Virus record (IMG/VR): IMGVR_UViG_3300033552_000009
Location: 1-55,734 of that record
Direction: 5' to 3' (one strand)
DNA length: 55,734 nucleotides
Source: a virus
The stretch's first letter is position 1. The number at the start of each line of letters is the position of its first letter. A program made the translations under genes and the position numbers. Of this stretch, positions 18,018-25,782 are shown one piece after another. The notes beneath the pieces were generated by a model. The model searched no databases. It had not been told where the DNA came from and worked only from the letters and a program-made list of their open reading frames with translations.

Positions 18018-18089
18018 TTTGCTTTCCTTAATTGAATCCCGGTAACTGCCGGGTCAGTGATTGAATTCTACAACAAAGAATTCAATGCG

Positions 18090-18533
18090 TCAACACTTTT
18101 TGCCACCATCCTGCAAACGATTTGCAATCTTATGATCTGGCCGTTGCGCGTTGAATTCCATTTTGGCAACAACGATTTCGCCAAGCGGAATTTTCATTGC
18201 CCCCGCCAAATCGTGAATGCGGATAAGGGCGTCGGCAAGTTCAACGTCAAGATTTTTGTATTGCGGCAACTTGTCATCATTAAGGTTTTTGCGGAAACCT
18301 TCCATGCCTTCCGAAACTTCCGTAACTATCAGCATGAGTTTTTCGGGTACACTGAATTGAAGTTCTTTATAGGGAACGTCATGCGATTCGGGTGTGCTGT
18401 CCCATCCGGTTTTTAGGTTTGTCCACCATCCTGAAGTTTTCGCCGCGCCATGACAAAGGGCCGTCAGGCGGTCAACGGCGGCAACCGTAGCTTGAGTGCC
18501 ACGGGTCAAAACAGATTGTGCGTCAAAGGTCAT
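18090..18533 (-). CDS. mazG: MazG-like nucleoside triphosphate pyrophosphohydrolase
   Basis: KLMLIVTEVSEGMEGFRK, ELADALIRIHDLAG and KMEFNAQRPDHK match the all-alpha NTP-PPase EExxE/D pattern. Confidence 0.7.
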   Translation of the reverse strand: MTFDAQSVLTRGTQATVAAVDRLTALCHGAAKTSGWWTNLKTGWDSTPESHDVPYKELQFSVPEKLMLIVTEVSEGMEGFRKNLNDDKLPQYKNLDVELADALIRIHDLAGAMKIPLGEIVVAKMEFNAQRPDHKIANRLQDGGKKC

Positions 18534-18563
18534 TTAGGAGCCTCAAAAGTTGAAAGAGGCTGA

Positions 18564-18598
18564 ATAGTAGCACAAAAATTTCTTTACGCTAAACTTTT
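18564..18598 (-). promoter_or_regulatory. leftward promoter of the replication operon (extended -10 TGcTACTAT, -35 TTAGCG, 17-nt spacer)
   Basis: The minus strand reads TTAGCG-taaagaaatttttgtgc-TACTAT about 30 nt upstream of the mazG-like start. Confidence 0.4.
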
Positions 18599-18612
18599 TT
18601 TCGTGCTACATT
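18583..18612 (+). promoter_or_regulatory. rightward promoter (extended -10 TGcTACATT) ending 7 nt before ATG 18620; possibly a leaderless mRNA
   Basis: TTTACG-18 nt-TACATT, with TG at -15/-14. Only 7 nt separate the -10 from the ATG, and there is no SD. Confidence 0.35.
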
Positions 18613-18619
18613 TCATCCC

Positions 18620-18829
18620 ATGCAAAACATTCCTACGTCATGGCTGTACGAAACAAGCCTGCTTTTACGCAACCGGCCTAGTCATATCAGGCTTAGGACT
18701 ATTGCCGCATCGTGCAAAGTATCAACCGCTTGGCTGTCGAAACTTCAAAACGGCAAGCTGCTTACAGCCCCTGTTGAAAAGGTTCAATCGGTCAATACAT
18801 GGTTGAAAGACGAGAAAAATGTTACATGA
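18620..18829 (+). CDS. small helix-turn-helix DNA-binding protein
   Basis: IRLRTIAASCKVSTAWLSKLQNGK has an HTH-like pattern. It is the first gene of the rightward arm of the divergent promoter region. Confidence 0.5.
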   Translation: MQNIPTSWLYETSLLLRNRPSHIRLRTIAASCKVSTAWLSKLQNGKLLTAPVEKVQSVNTWLKDEKNVT

Positions 18830-21143
18830 TATTCCCGATGAAATGAAAGCTTACCCTCAATGGGTAATGTGGCGATACGAGGAAACCGATGGGGAAAAGC
18901 CTACTAAGGTTCCCTACAATGCCAACAACGGCAAACATGCAAACGTCAATGTTCCGGGTACGTGGTGCAGCTTCGATCAAGCAACGCATACGCTAGCCAA
19001 CCTGCCGCAATTTTATTCGGGCATAGGCTTCGTGCTGACCAAAGATGACCCGTATCTTTTCATTGATCTTGACGCGCCAAAATCAGACGATCAAGCGGAA
19101 ATCAATTCTGTAATGGACAGGCAACGTACCGTTTACGAAGAATTTGATTCATACGCCGAACTATCCCCTAGCGGCAAAGGTCTGCACATCATCGTCAAAG
19201 GTGACATTCCTTCAGGCCGCAAACGGTCAAGCATTGAAATTTATTCAGCCCAACGATTCATGACCATGACCGGTAACGTTTACCGGCCTACCCCGATTCG
19301 GGAATACAACGAATTGATTAATAGCCTATGGGCGCAAATGGAAGGCGGCAAGTCTAAGACCATTGGCGGGGCTATGGGGTTTGACCCTGAAACGTCAACT
19401 GACGCGCAAATTATCGAATGGGCAACTAACGCAACCAATGGCGAAAAATTCCATGAGTTATTCATTAACGGCAACTGGAAACGTTATTACGAATCGCAAT
19501 CTGAAGGCGATTTTGCTTTAGTTAATATCATTGCTTTTTACTCAAATAGCAGGATTCAGGTTCAACGAATCTTTTTGCTGTCCAAGCTAGCCGAACGTGA
19601 GAAATCACGGGCGCAATACCGTATTGATTACATGCTTAACCGGTGCTTTGACCGTAAGCTACCGCCGATTGATCTAAGTCAATTGAAGCATGGAATCCTA
19701 GCGGCATTGGCGAATCAACATAAGAACGTTGCAATGACCGAAACCCCTACAGCGCAAGAATCGTCATACGACTTCAGCCCGCCCACTGTCAACCCATACA
19801 CTCTGCCGCCCGGTCTAACCGGGATGATTGCCCAATACATTTTCACCCAATCGCCACGGGCAGTTCCTGAAATCTCGCTGGTTGCCGCGTTGGGGCTTAT
19901 GTCAGGCATAGCGGGAAGGGCGTACAACGTTTCAGGTAGTGGCTTGAATCAATATATTTTATTGCTTGCGCCAACTGGTACGGGTAAAGAAACTATTCAT
20001 TCAGGCATTGCAAAATTAATGAATGCGGTAAAGGTCAACATTCCTAACGCATTTGATTTTATTGGACCGTCTGACATTTCTTCAGCCCCTGCCCTTGTCA
20101 AATATCTGGCTAACGTTTCACCCCGATTCGTTTCTATTGTGGGCGAATTCGGCATTGCCTTAAAAAATATGTCGGGTCCAAAAGCACCGCCGCATTTGAC
20201 AATGCTACGGCGAATCATGCTTGAATTGTTTGGCCGTTCGGGGCGTGGTGCAGTTCTACAGCCCACAATCTACAGTGACAAAGATAAGAATACAGCGCCG
20301 GTTTTAAGCCCCGCTTTTTCGATGATTGGCGAATCTACACCTGAGCGGTTTTACGAAGTGTTAGACGAAGATATGGTTACTGAAGGATTTCTTCCGCGAT
20401 TAACTTTGGTCGAATACAACGGCCCCCGGCCTGCCGCCAATGACAACGCATCTAAAGCGGTTCCCGCTGATAGGACCGTTAAGCTATTGTCTGACCTATG
20501 CAGCAACTGTAATGCGCTTGATTCTCAGAATCAGGTTATTGACGTTGCGCTTGACGATGAAGCAACCGATATATTTAAGCAACTCGATAAGTTTTGCGAT
20601 ATGAAGATCAATGCTTCAGCCCGCGAAGTACGGCGCAATCTTTGGACCCGTGTAAACCTTAAAGCCATGAAATTAGCGGCATTGGTAGCCGTTGGGAATC
20701 ATCTTTACAAGCCTGAGATTGATGCAGCGGTTGCAATGTGGGCAATCAATATCGTACTGGCTGACGTTTATAGTTTGCTAAACAAATTTGATGCCGGTGA
20801 CATAGGTTCAAACAGTGAAGAATTGAGCCAAATGGTTAAGGCCGCTAACATAATCGGTGAATATCTGGTTAGGTCATGGGCTGAGATTGATGGATACAAA
20901 ACCGGAACCCAATTGCAGCATAAAGAAAAAGTAGTGCCTTACGCTTATATCTACAAAAGATTATCGCAAGTAGGGTCATTTACTAAAAGCAAAATGGGAA
21001 CTAGGATAGCCATTGCCAATACCATTAAAACATTGGTTGAACGTGGCGACTTAATAGAGCTATCAAGAATGGATTGCAAGACAAAATTTCATACGTCAGG
21101 AATTTTGTATATTGTTGCAAATCCTTCAGCCTTTGGAATTTAA
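18819..21143 (+). CDS. primase-polymerase (AEP) fused to P-loop NTPase/helicase (DUF3987-like)
   Basis: AEP motif I is LFIDLD and motif II is SPSGKGLHI. The C-terminal half carries the Walker A LLLAPTGTGKE. Confidence 0.75.
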   Translation: MLHDIPDEMKAYPQWVMWRYEETDGEKPTKVPYNANNGKHANVNVPGTWCSFDQATHTLANLPQFYSGIGFVLTKDDPYLFIDLDAPKSDDQAEINSVMDRQRTVYEEFDSYAELSPSGKGLHIIVKGDIPSGRKRSSIEIYSAQRFMTMTGNVYRPTPIREYNELINSLWAQMEGGKSKTIGGAMGFDPETSTDAQIIEWATNATNGEKFHELFINGNWKRYYESQSEGDFALVNIIAFYSNSRIQVQRIFLLSKLAEREKSRAQYRIDYMLNRCFDRKLPPIDLSQLKHGILAALANQHKNVAMTETPTAQESSYDFSPPTVNPYTLPPGLTGMIAQYIFTQSPRAVPEISLVAALGLMSGIAGRAYNVSGSGLNQYILLLAPTGTGKETIHSGIAKLMNAVKVNIPNAFDFIGPSDISSAPALVKYLANVSPRFVSIVGEFGIALKNMSGPKAPPHLTMLRRIMLELFGRSGRGAVLQPTIYSDKDKNTAPVLSPAFSMIGESTPERFYEVLDEDMVTEGFLPRLTLVEYNGPRPAANDNASKAVPADRTVKLLSDLCSNCNALDSQNQVIDVALDDEATDIFKQLDKFCDMKINASAREVRRNLWTRVNLKAMKLAALVAVGNHLYKPEIDAAVAMWAINIVLADVYSLLNKFDAGDIGSNSEELSQMVKAANIIGEYLVRSWAEIDGYKTGTQLQHKEKVVPYAYIYKRLSQVGSFTKSKMGTRIAIANTIKTLVERGDLIELSRMDCKTKFHTSGILYIVANPSAFGI

Positions 21144-21549
21144 CTGGAATTACCGAAGAAAACCAAAATCAAATTCAACCCATAGCATAGGAAATGGTAA
21201 TTTGTTTTTGGTACAGAATCGTTCGTAATTCCCACGGGGGCCATTTCTGGCTGTGCCGTTTGGCTGGCCGGGCAAAACCGCCTCTGTTGCAAAATCTCAC
21301 AAAAATGACCGATTTGCAACAAACCTAACAAATCTTCACAGATTCTGGATTCTAGCCCCTTGGCGGGCCTTTCGCCTTGCCCCTTGGCATTGCCCTTGGC
21401 AATCGGCTGACAGCCTGACCTTGCCCGCATCCTGTAGGCGGTTTCTAAGCAAGCCGTTTGCCTGTTTTCCCCTAGAAACCCCATAGAAACCGCATTGCAC
21501 TAATAAGAATGGCATTGCCGATGCGTTACAATGCTTTACAACTAATCAA

Positions 21550-21577
21550 TTGACGAATTCAGTTAAACAATTAAAAT
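21550..21577 (+). promoter_or_regulatory. early promoter P1: TTGACG-16 nt-TAAAAT
   Basis: It shares the architecture of the other early promoters and lies about 38 nt upstream of ATG 21616. Confidence 0.55.
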
Positions 21578-21615
21578 AAAGGCTTCAATTAACCGAAACC
21601 TAAAGGCCAACCATC

Positions 21616-21891
21616 ATGCGTAAACTTCAAATTACTAAAGCCGCTACAGCCCACAATCTGACGGCTTCGCAAATTGAAAATAGCTTTTTCGATTCGTTCC
21701 GCAAAATTTATCGGGCTGACGCTAGCCGCCAAAAATTAGCTACAGGCAAGCCGGTAACGCTGGCATTGACGGCAGATTATTACAGCGTGACTGTCAGCCC
21801 CTTTACCTCTGACGAATTTTCTATAGCCCTTTTCATGGCTGGTGATTCATTGCCCGTAGCTTACGCCTATTGCGATTCGATGGATGCCTAA
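21616..21891 (+). CDS. early protein, unknown function
   Basis: Has its own promoter and the AAAGG RBS. Confidence 0.65.
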   Translation: MRKLQITKAATAHNLTASQIENSFFDSFRKIYRADASRQKLATGKPVTLALTADYYSVTVSPFTSDEFSIALFMAGDSLPVAYAYCDSMDA

Positions 21892-21925
21892 CAAACAAAT
21901 TATTACAAACTAAGTTGCCGAAACA

Positions 21926-21954
21926 GTTGACAAAACGAATTAATTAATTAATAA
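21926..21954 (+). promoter_or_regulatory. early promoter P2: TTGACA-16/17 nt-TAATAAT
   Basis: Consensus -35, with the AT-rich spacer aaacgaattaattaat shared with P4 and P5. Confidence 0.55.
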
Positions 21955-21991
21955 TTGAATCTCACCAACCGAAACTCTAAAGGAAACTATC

Positions 21992-22249
21992 ATGGCAAAC
22001 ATTACAGCTTTTTCAGACGATGGCGTTTACGTGAATGACGGCTACGCATTGACAACGAAAAAATTGTGGTTTCAAGAAATGGGCTGGCAATATTCGGCTA
22101 CAGGATACGGGTCTAAAATTCCCACTGTTTACATGCTGAAGATTGGAAAAATTTCGTATCGCGTTTACTGCCGCATTTATGGCAATATCGGAACAACGTA
22201 CATTATCAGCAAGGGCAAAAAATACATCGTTCGGGATTTTTATAATTAA
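21992..22249 (+). CDS. early protein, unknown function
   Basis: Has its own promoter and the RBS AAAGGAAA. GYGSKIPTVYMLKIGKISYRVY resembles small proteins seen in plasmid and phage early regions. Confidence 0.65.
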   Translation: MANITAFSDDGVYVNDGYALTTKKLWFQEMGWQYSATGYGSKIPTVYMLKIGKISYRVYCRIYGNIGTTYIISKGKKYIVRDFYN

Positions 22250-22270
22250 CAAACTGTTTCATTTAAACGG

Positions 22271-22298
22271 TTGCAATAATCAGCCGTTTAATTAAAAT
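22271..22298 (+). promoter_or_regulatory. early promoter P3: TTGCAA-16 nt-TAAAAT
   Basis: Same architecture; upstream of ATG 22334. Confidence 0.55.
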
Positions 22299-22333
22299 AA
22301 AGTTTCTTTCAACCGCAACCCAAAGGAAATATC

Positions 22334-22543
22334 ATGGCAAACAAATCTGAAGTTTCAACCGCTAAACATTTCGTTCATATCACGTTGAAAAACGCTGACG
22401 GTTCGGCACTGCGGGTCCGTGCATCCGGTAAATGCCAAACATGGAAAACGCGCCCAAACGCCTTTAAATTGCCTGTCAAATATGGCCTTTACAATTCTTT
22501 TTACATTACAGAGGAAAACGCTGACCAATGGAAAGTGGCTTAA
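22334..22543 (+). CDS. early protein, unknown function
   Basis: Has its own promoter and the RBS AAAGGAAA. Contains the motif GKCQTWKTRPNAFKLPVKYGL. Confidence 0.65.
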   Translation: MANKSEVSTAKHFVHITLKNADGSALRVRASGKCQTWKTRPNAFKLPVKYGLYNSFYITEENADQWKVA

Positions 22544-22573
22544 AAAGCGTTACAAACGTTTACAACTAAACGC

Positions 22574-22601
22574 TTGCAACAATCAATTAATTAATTAGAA
22601 T
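22574..22601 (+). promoter_or_regulatory. early promoter P4: TTGCAA-16 nt-TAGAAT
   Basis: It shares the 16-mer ttagaatagagttatc with P5. Confidence 0.6.
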
Positions 22602-22603
22602 AG

Positions 22604-22640
22604 AGTTATCCAAGCAAAACAATCAACCGCTTGGATAACT
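22604..22640 (+). promoter_or_regulatory. perfect 12-bp stem-loop at the predicted 5' end of the DUF932 mRNA (or a palindromic operator)
   Basis: agttatccaagc (22604-22615) pairs with gcttggataact (22629-22640) around a 13-nt loop. It starts 3 nt after the -10 of P4. Confidence 0.6.
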
Positions 22641-22677
22641 GGCAAATTTAACTTTTAACCTTATTGGAGTATTTAAA

Positions 22678-23649
22678 ATGGCCCACGAATTAACAATCCG
22701 CGCAAATGGTAAAGTTGAAATGGCTTACGCTGGTGAAGGCTGCTGGCATGGTCTGGGTCAACAATTGGAGCACGGCGCATCAATCGAAGAATGGCAAACG
22801 GCGGCAGGCATGGATTGGAAAATCAACCGTTCCCGCGTTCGGTTCGGCGCTGAAGATAATCCGCAAATTTTCGATGATAAGCATGTTCTGTTTCGTTCTG
22901 ATACAAAAGCCCCTTTGGGCATTGTTTCCCCCAACTTCAAAATCGTAAATCCAAAGGATGTATTGGAATTCTTTCGGGATTTGACAGAATCGGCTGGCAT
23001 GGTACTTGAAACGGCAGGCACAATTTTTGGCGGCAAGCGTTTTTGGGCATTGGCAAATATTGGCGAATCTGCCGTTATCGGTTCCGCTGATGTTGTGGGC
23101 GGTTATTTGTTGCTTTCAACTGGTGCAGATGGCACGATTGCCACAACGGCAAAATTCACCTCTGTTCGGGTAGTTTGCAACAATACACTTTCAATGGCAT
23201 TGAATGGCAAGAACAATAAAGATATTGCAATTACGCATCGAACCGCCTTCAATCCCGCATCAATGAAAGATCGTTTGGGCTTGGCGCATGGTGAATTCTC
23301 AGTATTTATTAACGCAATGCGTGATTTGTCCAAAAAGACGGTTACGGCAAAGGATGCCGAAAGTCTTACGCTGGCATTGGTTGCGCCTGAAGAAAAGGAC
23401 GATAAAGGCACGGCAAAAACGATTGCCTCTAAGCCATTTCAGAATATTCTTGCATTATTCAATGGTGCAGGCAAAGGGGCAACGCTTGCCGGGTCTGAGG
23501 GTACGGCATGGGGCTGGGTCAATGCCATTACAGAGCATGTTGACCATCATGCACGGGCTCAAACGGCAGATGCCCGCATGAATTCCGCATTCTTTGGCAA
23601 AGGTGACGATATGAAAACCCGTGCTGTAGAAATCGCTATGGCAATGTAA
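22678..23649 (+). CDS. DUF932 (phage/plasmid-like protein, TIGR03299-type)
   Basis: GEGCWHGLGQ...MDWKI......F......I.D.HVLFRSDT...LGIVS..FKIVNPKDVLEFF and GGKRFWALA follow the family pattern. The RBS is the strong GGAGTATTTAAAATG. Confidence 0.7.
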   Translation: MAHELTIRANGKVEMAYAGEGCWHGLGQQLEHGASIEEWQTAAGMDWKINRSRVRFGAEDNPQIFDDKHVLFRSDTKAPLGIVSPNFKIVNPKDVLEFFRDLTESAGMVLETAGTIFGGKRFWALANIGESAVIGSADVVGGYLLLSTGADGTIATTAKFTSVRVVCNNTLSMALNGKNNKDIAITHRTAFNPASMKDRLGLAHGEFSVFINAMRDLSKKTVTAKDAESLTLALVAPEEKDDKGTAKTIASKPFQNILALFNGAGKGATLAGSEGTAWGWVNAITEHVDHHARAQTADARMNSAFFGKGDDMKTRAVEIAMAM

Positions 23650-23657
23650 GGCAAACC

Positions 23658-23693
23658 GCCTGCACTCTAATTCAGAGTGTGGGCTTTTTATTT
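23658..23693 (+). terminator. rho-independent terminator
   Basis: 11-bp stem gcctgcactct/agagtgtgggc (two G-U pairs), 5-nt loop, then ttttta. The 3' arm carries the AGTGTGGGC motif variant. Confidence 0.7.
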
Positions 23694-23704
23694 AAGGGGC
23701 TATC

Positions 23705-23926
23705 GTGAAAAACTTCAAACCGAAACCTGAATTAACCATCAATTATTTTTCGGGTTCGCAAGCCGAATGCGTTGTTTCACGTGAAACAATGGCAAAGGAC
23801 TTACGTAAGGCAAGAACGGCAAAGGTTAACGTAAACGTTTTACGCAATCATAAATTTTCAATGTATTTTTTAAACGGTTTCCCGAAAGCTATAAATTCAT
23901 TTTGTTTTACGATTGATAGAACGTAA
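23705..23926 (+). CDS. early protein, unknown function (GTG start)
   Basis: 73-aa ORF between two terminators. The start codon and expression are uncertain. Confidence 0.4.
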   Translation: MKNFKPKPELTINYFSGSQAECVVSRETMAKDLRKARTAKVNVNVLRNHKFSMYFLNGFPKAINSFCFTIDRT

Positions 23927-23966
23927 TTTACATAGTTGCCGCAAAGGTTGCCACAATGTAATTTAC

Positions 23967-23990
23967 AGCCCTTTAAATAGGGCTTTTTGT
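23967..23990 (+). terminator. rho-independent terminator
   Basis: Stem agccct/agggct with a 6-nt loop, followed by tttttgtt. Confidence 0.65.
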
Positions 23991-24027
23991 TGACCTATTG
24001 TTGTTGCAAACTATTACACTTAATCAG

Positions 24028-24055
24028 TTGCAGGAATTAATTAATTGATTAGAAT
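24028..24055 (+). promoter_or_regulatory. early promoter P5: TTGCAG-16 nt-TAGAAT
   Basis: The spacer gaattaattaattgat and the following tagaatagagttatc are almost identical to P4. Confidence 0.6.
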
Positions 24056-24079
24056 AGAGTTATCAAAAGGAGAAACGAA

Positions 24080-24214
24080 ATGACAACTGCAAAATTATTT
24101 TTCTTTATCGTCATTGTTATTTTTGGAATGGCGGTTTTATCTTTCGTTGGGCTTGTCCTGCCGCCTACATCAATCATTGCGCCATTGACTAAATTTGTCT
24201 TTTCACTGAAGTAA
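24080..24214 (+). CDS. 44-aa hydrophobic membrane peptide
   Basis: MTTAKLFFFIVIVIFGMAVLSFVGLVLPP... AAGGAG lies 8 nt upstream. Below the ORF-track size cut-off. Confidence 0.55.
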   Translation: MTTAKLFFFIVIVIFGMAVLSFVGLVLPPTSIIAPLTKFVFSLK

Positions 24215-24231
24215 TTTAAAGGAATTCAATC

Positions 24232-24321
24232 ATGCGAGATTATTTATTGGCTGTAGGTTTGGGCATTGGCTTTGCTGCAATGATGGCCTATGGTCAGGTT
24301 TTTGCATCGTTCATTCGTTAA
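24232..24321 (+). CDS. 29-aa hydrophobic membrane peptide
   Basis: MRDYLLAVGLGIGFAAMMAYGQVFASFIR. AAAGGA lies upstream. Confidence 0.45.
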   Translation: MRDYLLAVGLGIGFAAMMAYGQVFASFIR

Positions 24322-24337
24322 TTCATAGGGGCAAATC

Positions 24338-24541
24338 ATGGCAACTAAAGTCAAGATCAAAACGGCAACCATCACGGTTTATCATATCTTTGGCACTAAA
24401 GGTAGTTATGCCGCTGATATTTTTTATCGGGGCAAAATGATCTTCACAACCGAAAATAATAGCATTCGGGAATGTGCTGAAAAAGCAAACAATTGGTCAT
24501 TCAATAACGGATTTAACCGTTATAAATTGACGTTGAATTAA
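24338..24541 (+). CDS. early protein, unknown function
   Basis: 67-aa ORF with a GGGG RBS, in an AT-rich segment. Confidence 0.6.
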   Translation: MATKVKIKTATITVYHIFGTKGSYAADIFYRGKMIFTTENNSIRECAEKANNWSFNNGFNRYKLTLN

Positions 24542-24560
24542 TCAACCAAAGGAAATTATC

Positions 24561-24788
24561 ATGGCTGTAAAACCATTGTCTAAACTGACCAAACGGGAAA
24601 AAGTAATCGAATTTTGCAGGCGCTACGAAATTGACTGCAATAACCGCAAATCAACCGTCATTGTATTGGCAAGCACGCATAATCTATGGTTTGACGTTTT
24701 CAATTCATGGGAAGAAACCGAACTGTTTTTAATCAATGCCAAGTTAGATAAAGATATTCATAATAAAGAATATCCGTGGTCTGTTTAA
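24561..24788 (+). CDS. early protein, unknown function
   Basis: 75-aa ORF with the RBS AAAGGAAA. Confidence 0.6.
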   Translation: MAVKPLSKLTKREKVIEFCRRYEIDCNNRKSTVIVLASTHNLWFDVFNSWEETELFLINAKLDKDIHNKEYPWSV

Positions 24789-24821
24789 CTGTTTAACTGT
24801 TTAATTAAAGGAGTATTTAAA

Positions 24822-25106
24822 ATGACTTATGCCGTTTATCAACCAAACATGATTAATACAAATAAGGAATTTCTGATTACCTTACGCAACGTTCACATTA
24901 AATTAGCAATGATTTGCGATAGGGATTTGGCGCAATATACCAAACATAGCATTAATCGTGATGTTCCCGATTATGTGAATAAAACGATGCGTCAAAAGAA
25001 AATTGATCTTGATTTGCATACTGAAGTCGTTCGTTTGTTGGTCCTGATGACGGGTGAAACCCCAACAAACGAAATAATCACGCAACTGTTTAACAGTGTC
25101 AACTGA
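24822..25106 (+). CDS. early protein, unknown function
   Basis: 94-aa ORF preceded by the conserved GGAGTATTTAAAATG initiation region. Confidence 0.65.
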   Translation: MTYAVYQPNMINTNKEFLITLRNVHIKLAMICDRDLAQYTKHSINRDVPDYVNKTMRQKKIDLDLHTEVVRLLVLMTGETPTNEIITQLFNSVN

Positions 25107-25195
25107 TTCGGTAATTCATTGCGGTTATTATAGGATGCGCTTACATTTTGCATTGAATCCGGGTACTGTTTAAAACCCTTAGTTTTTAACGATTT

Positions 25196-25240
25196 GCCCA
25201 CATTACAGCCTGTAGATGGTTGCGAATGTGGGCTTTTTAG
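25196..25240 (+). terminator. rho-independent terminator whose stem is an inverted pair of the AATGTGGGC motif
   Basis: gcccacatt (25196-25204) pairs with aatgtgggc (25225-25233) around a 20-nt loop, followed by ttttt. It ends the early cluster. Confidence 0.65.
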
Positions 25241-25550
25241 TGGGCGGTTCGATTTGCGGGCCTACAGCACGTTTTTATGGTCAGTTGATAGGATGGTATC
25301 GCTTGGCATGGTTTGACGGCGTGACGCTATGGTGCAGGGCTTCGCTTTTGAGTTTGTAGGCTTGTCGGTGTAGGGTCTGAGCTGTAGGGGCTAGCGTATG
25401 GCATGGGCTAAAGTTTCCTGACGCCAAACTTACAAAAAAGCCTATAAATCCTATAAATGAAGGTCCAAAATGCGTAAGTCGTTGATTTTATTGAAGAAAA
25501 AGGCAAGAAAAGGCAAAAAGTGAAAAATGTGCCCTTTAAAGGGGCTTGTA

Positions 25551-25782
25551 AACGTGTATCTTTACAAAGGGACTACTTTTTAGACAATACGTATTTATTA
25601 TATTTATTAAATATTATTACTATATAAATCAACAACTTAGCCAACTTTTGAGCATTCGATTCTGCACCGCACCACATTGAATTTCAAACTAACATACACG
25701 TTTATTGTCACAAATAAAAACAATTTAACGTGTATGTTTTTTAACGTGCATGTTATACTGCGATAAACGTGCATGTTAATAT
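25551..25782 (+). repeat. iteron cluster AACGTGYAT(GTT): 5 copies (25551, 25691 inverted, 25727, 25743, 25766) beside a nearly pure A+T block (25575-25640)
   Basis: The exact 12-mers aacgtgtatgtt and aacgtgcatgtt (x2) plus the inverted aacatacacgtt. Two copies run into TGtTATACT (25751-25759) and TGtTAATAT (25774-25782). Confidence 0.7.

Noticed and set aside
21385-21401. TGGCAT-N5-TTGGCA, reminiscent of a sigma54 -24/-12 promoter (TGGCAC-N5-TTGCA).
   Set aside because: The -12 element reads TTGGC, not TTGC. There is no enhancer-binding protein gene, and the string is better explained as part of the CCCTTGGC direct repeats.
21140-21486. ORFs 21140-21484 (-) and 21253-21486 (+) in the region after the primase gene.
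   Set aside because: They lack an RBS, have odd composition, overlap each other on opposite strands and run through obvious DNA repeats. The region is treated as non-coding.
25246-25253. tRNA T-loop-like string ggttcgat just after the early terminator.
   Set aside because: The flanking bases (gggcg / ttgcg) cannot form a T-stem, and no acceptor or anticodon arms can be drawn. No tRNA gene was found anywhere in the window.
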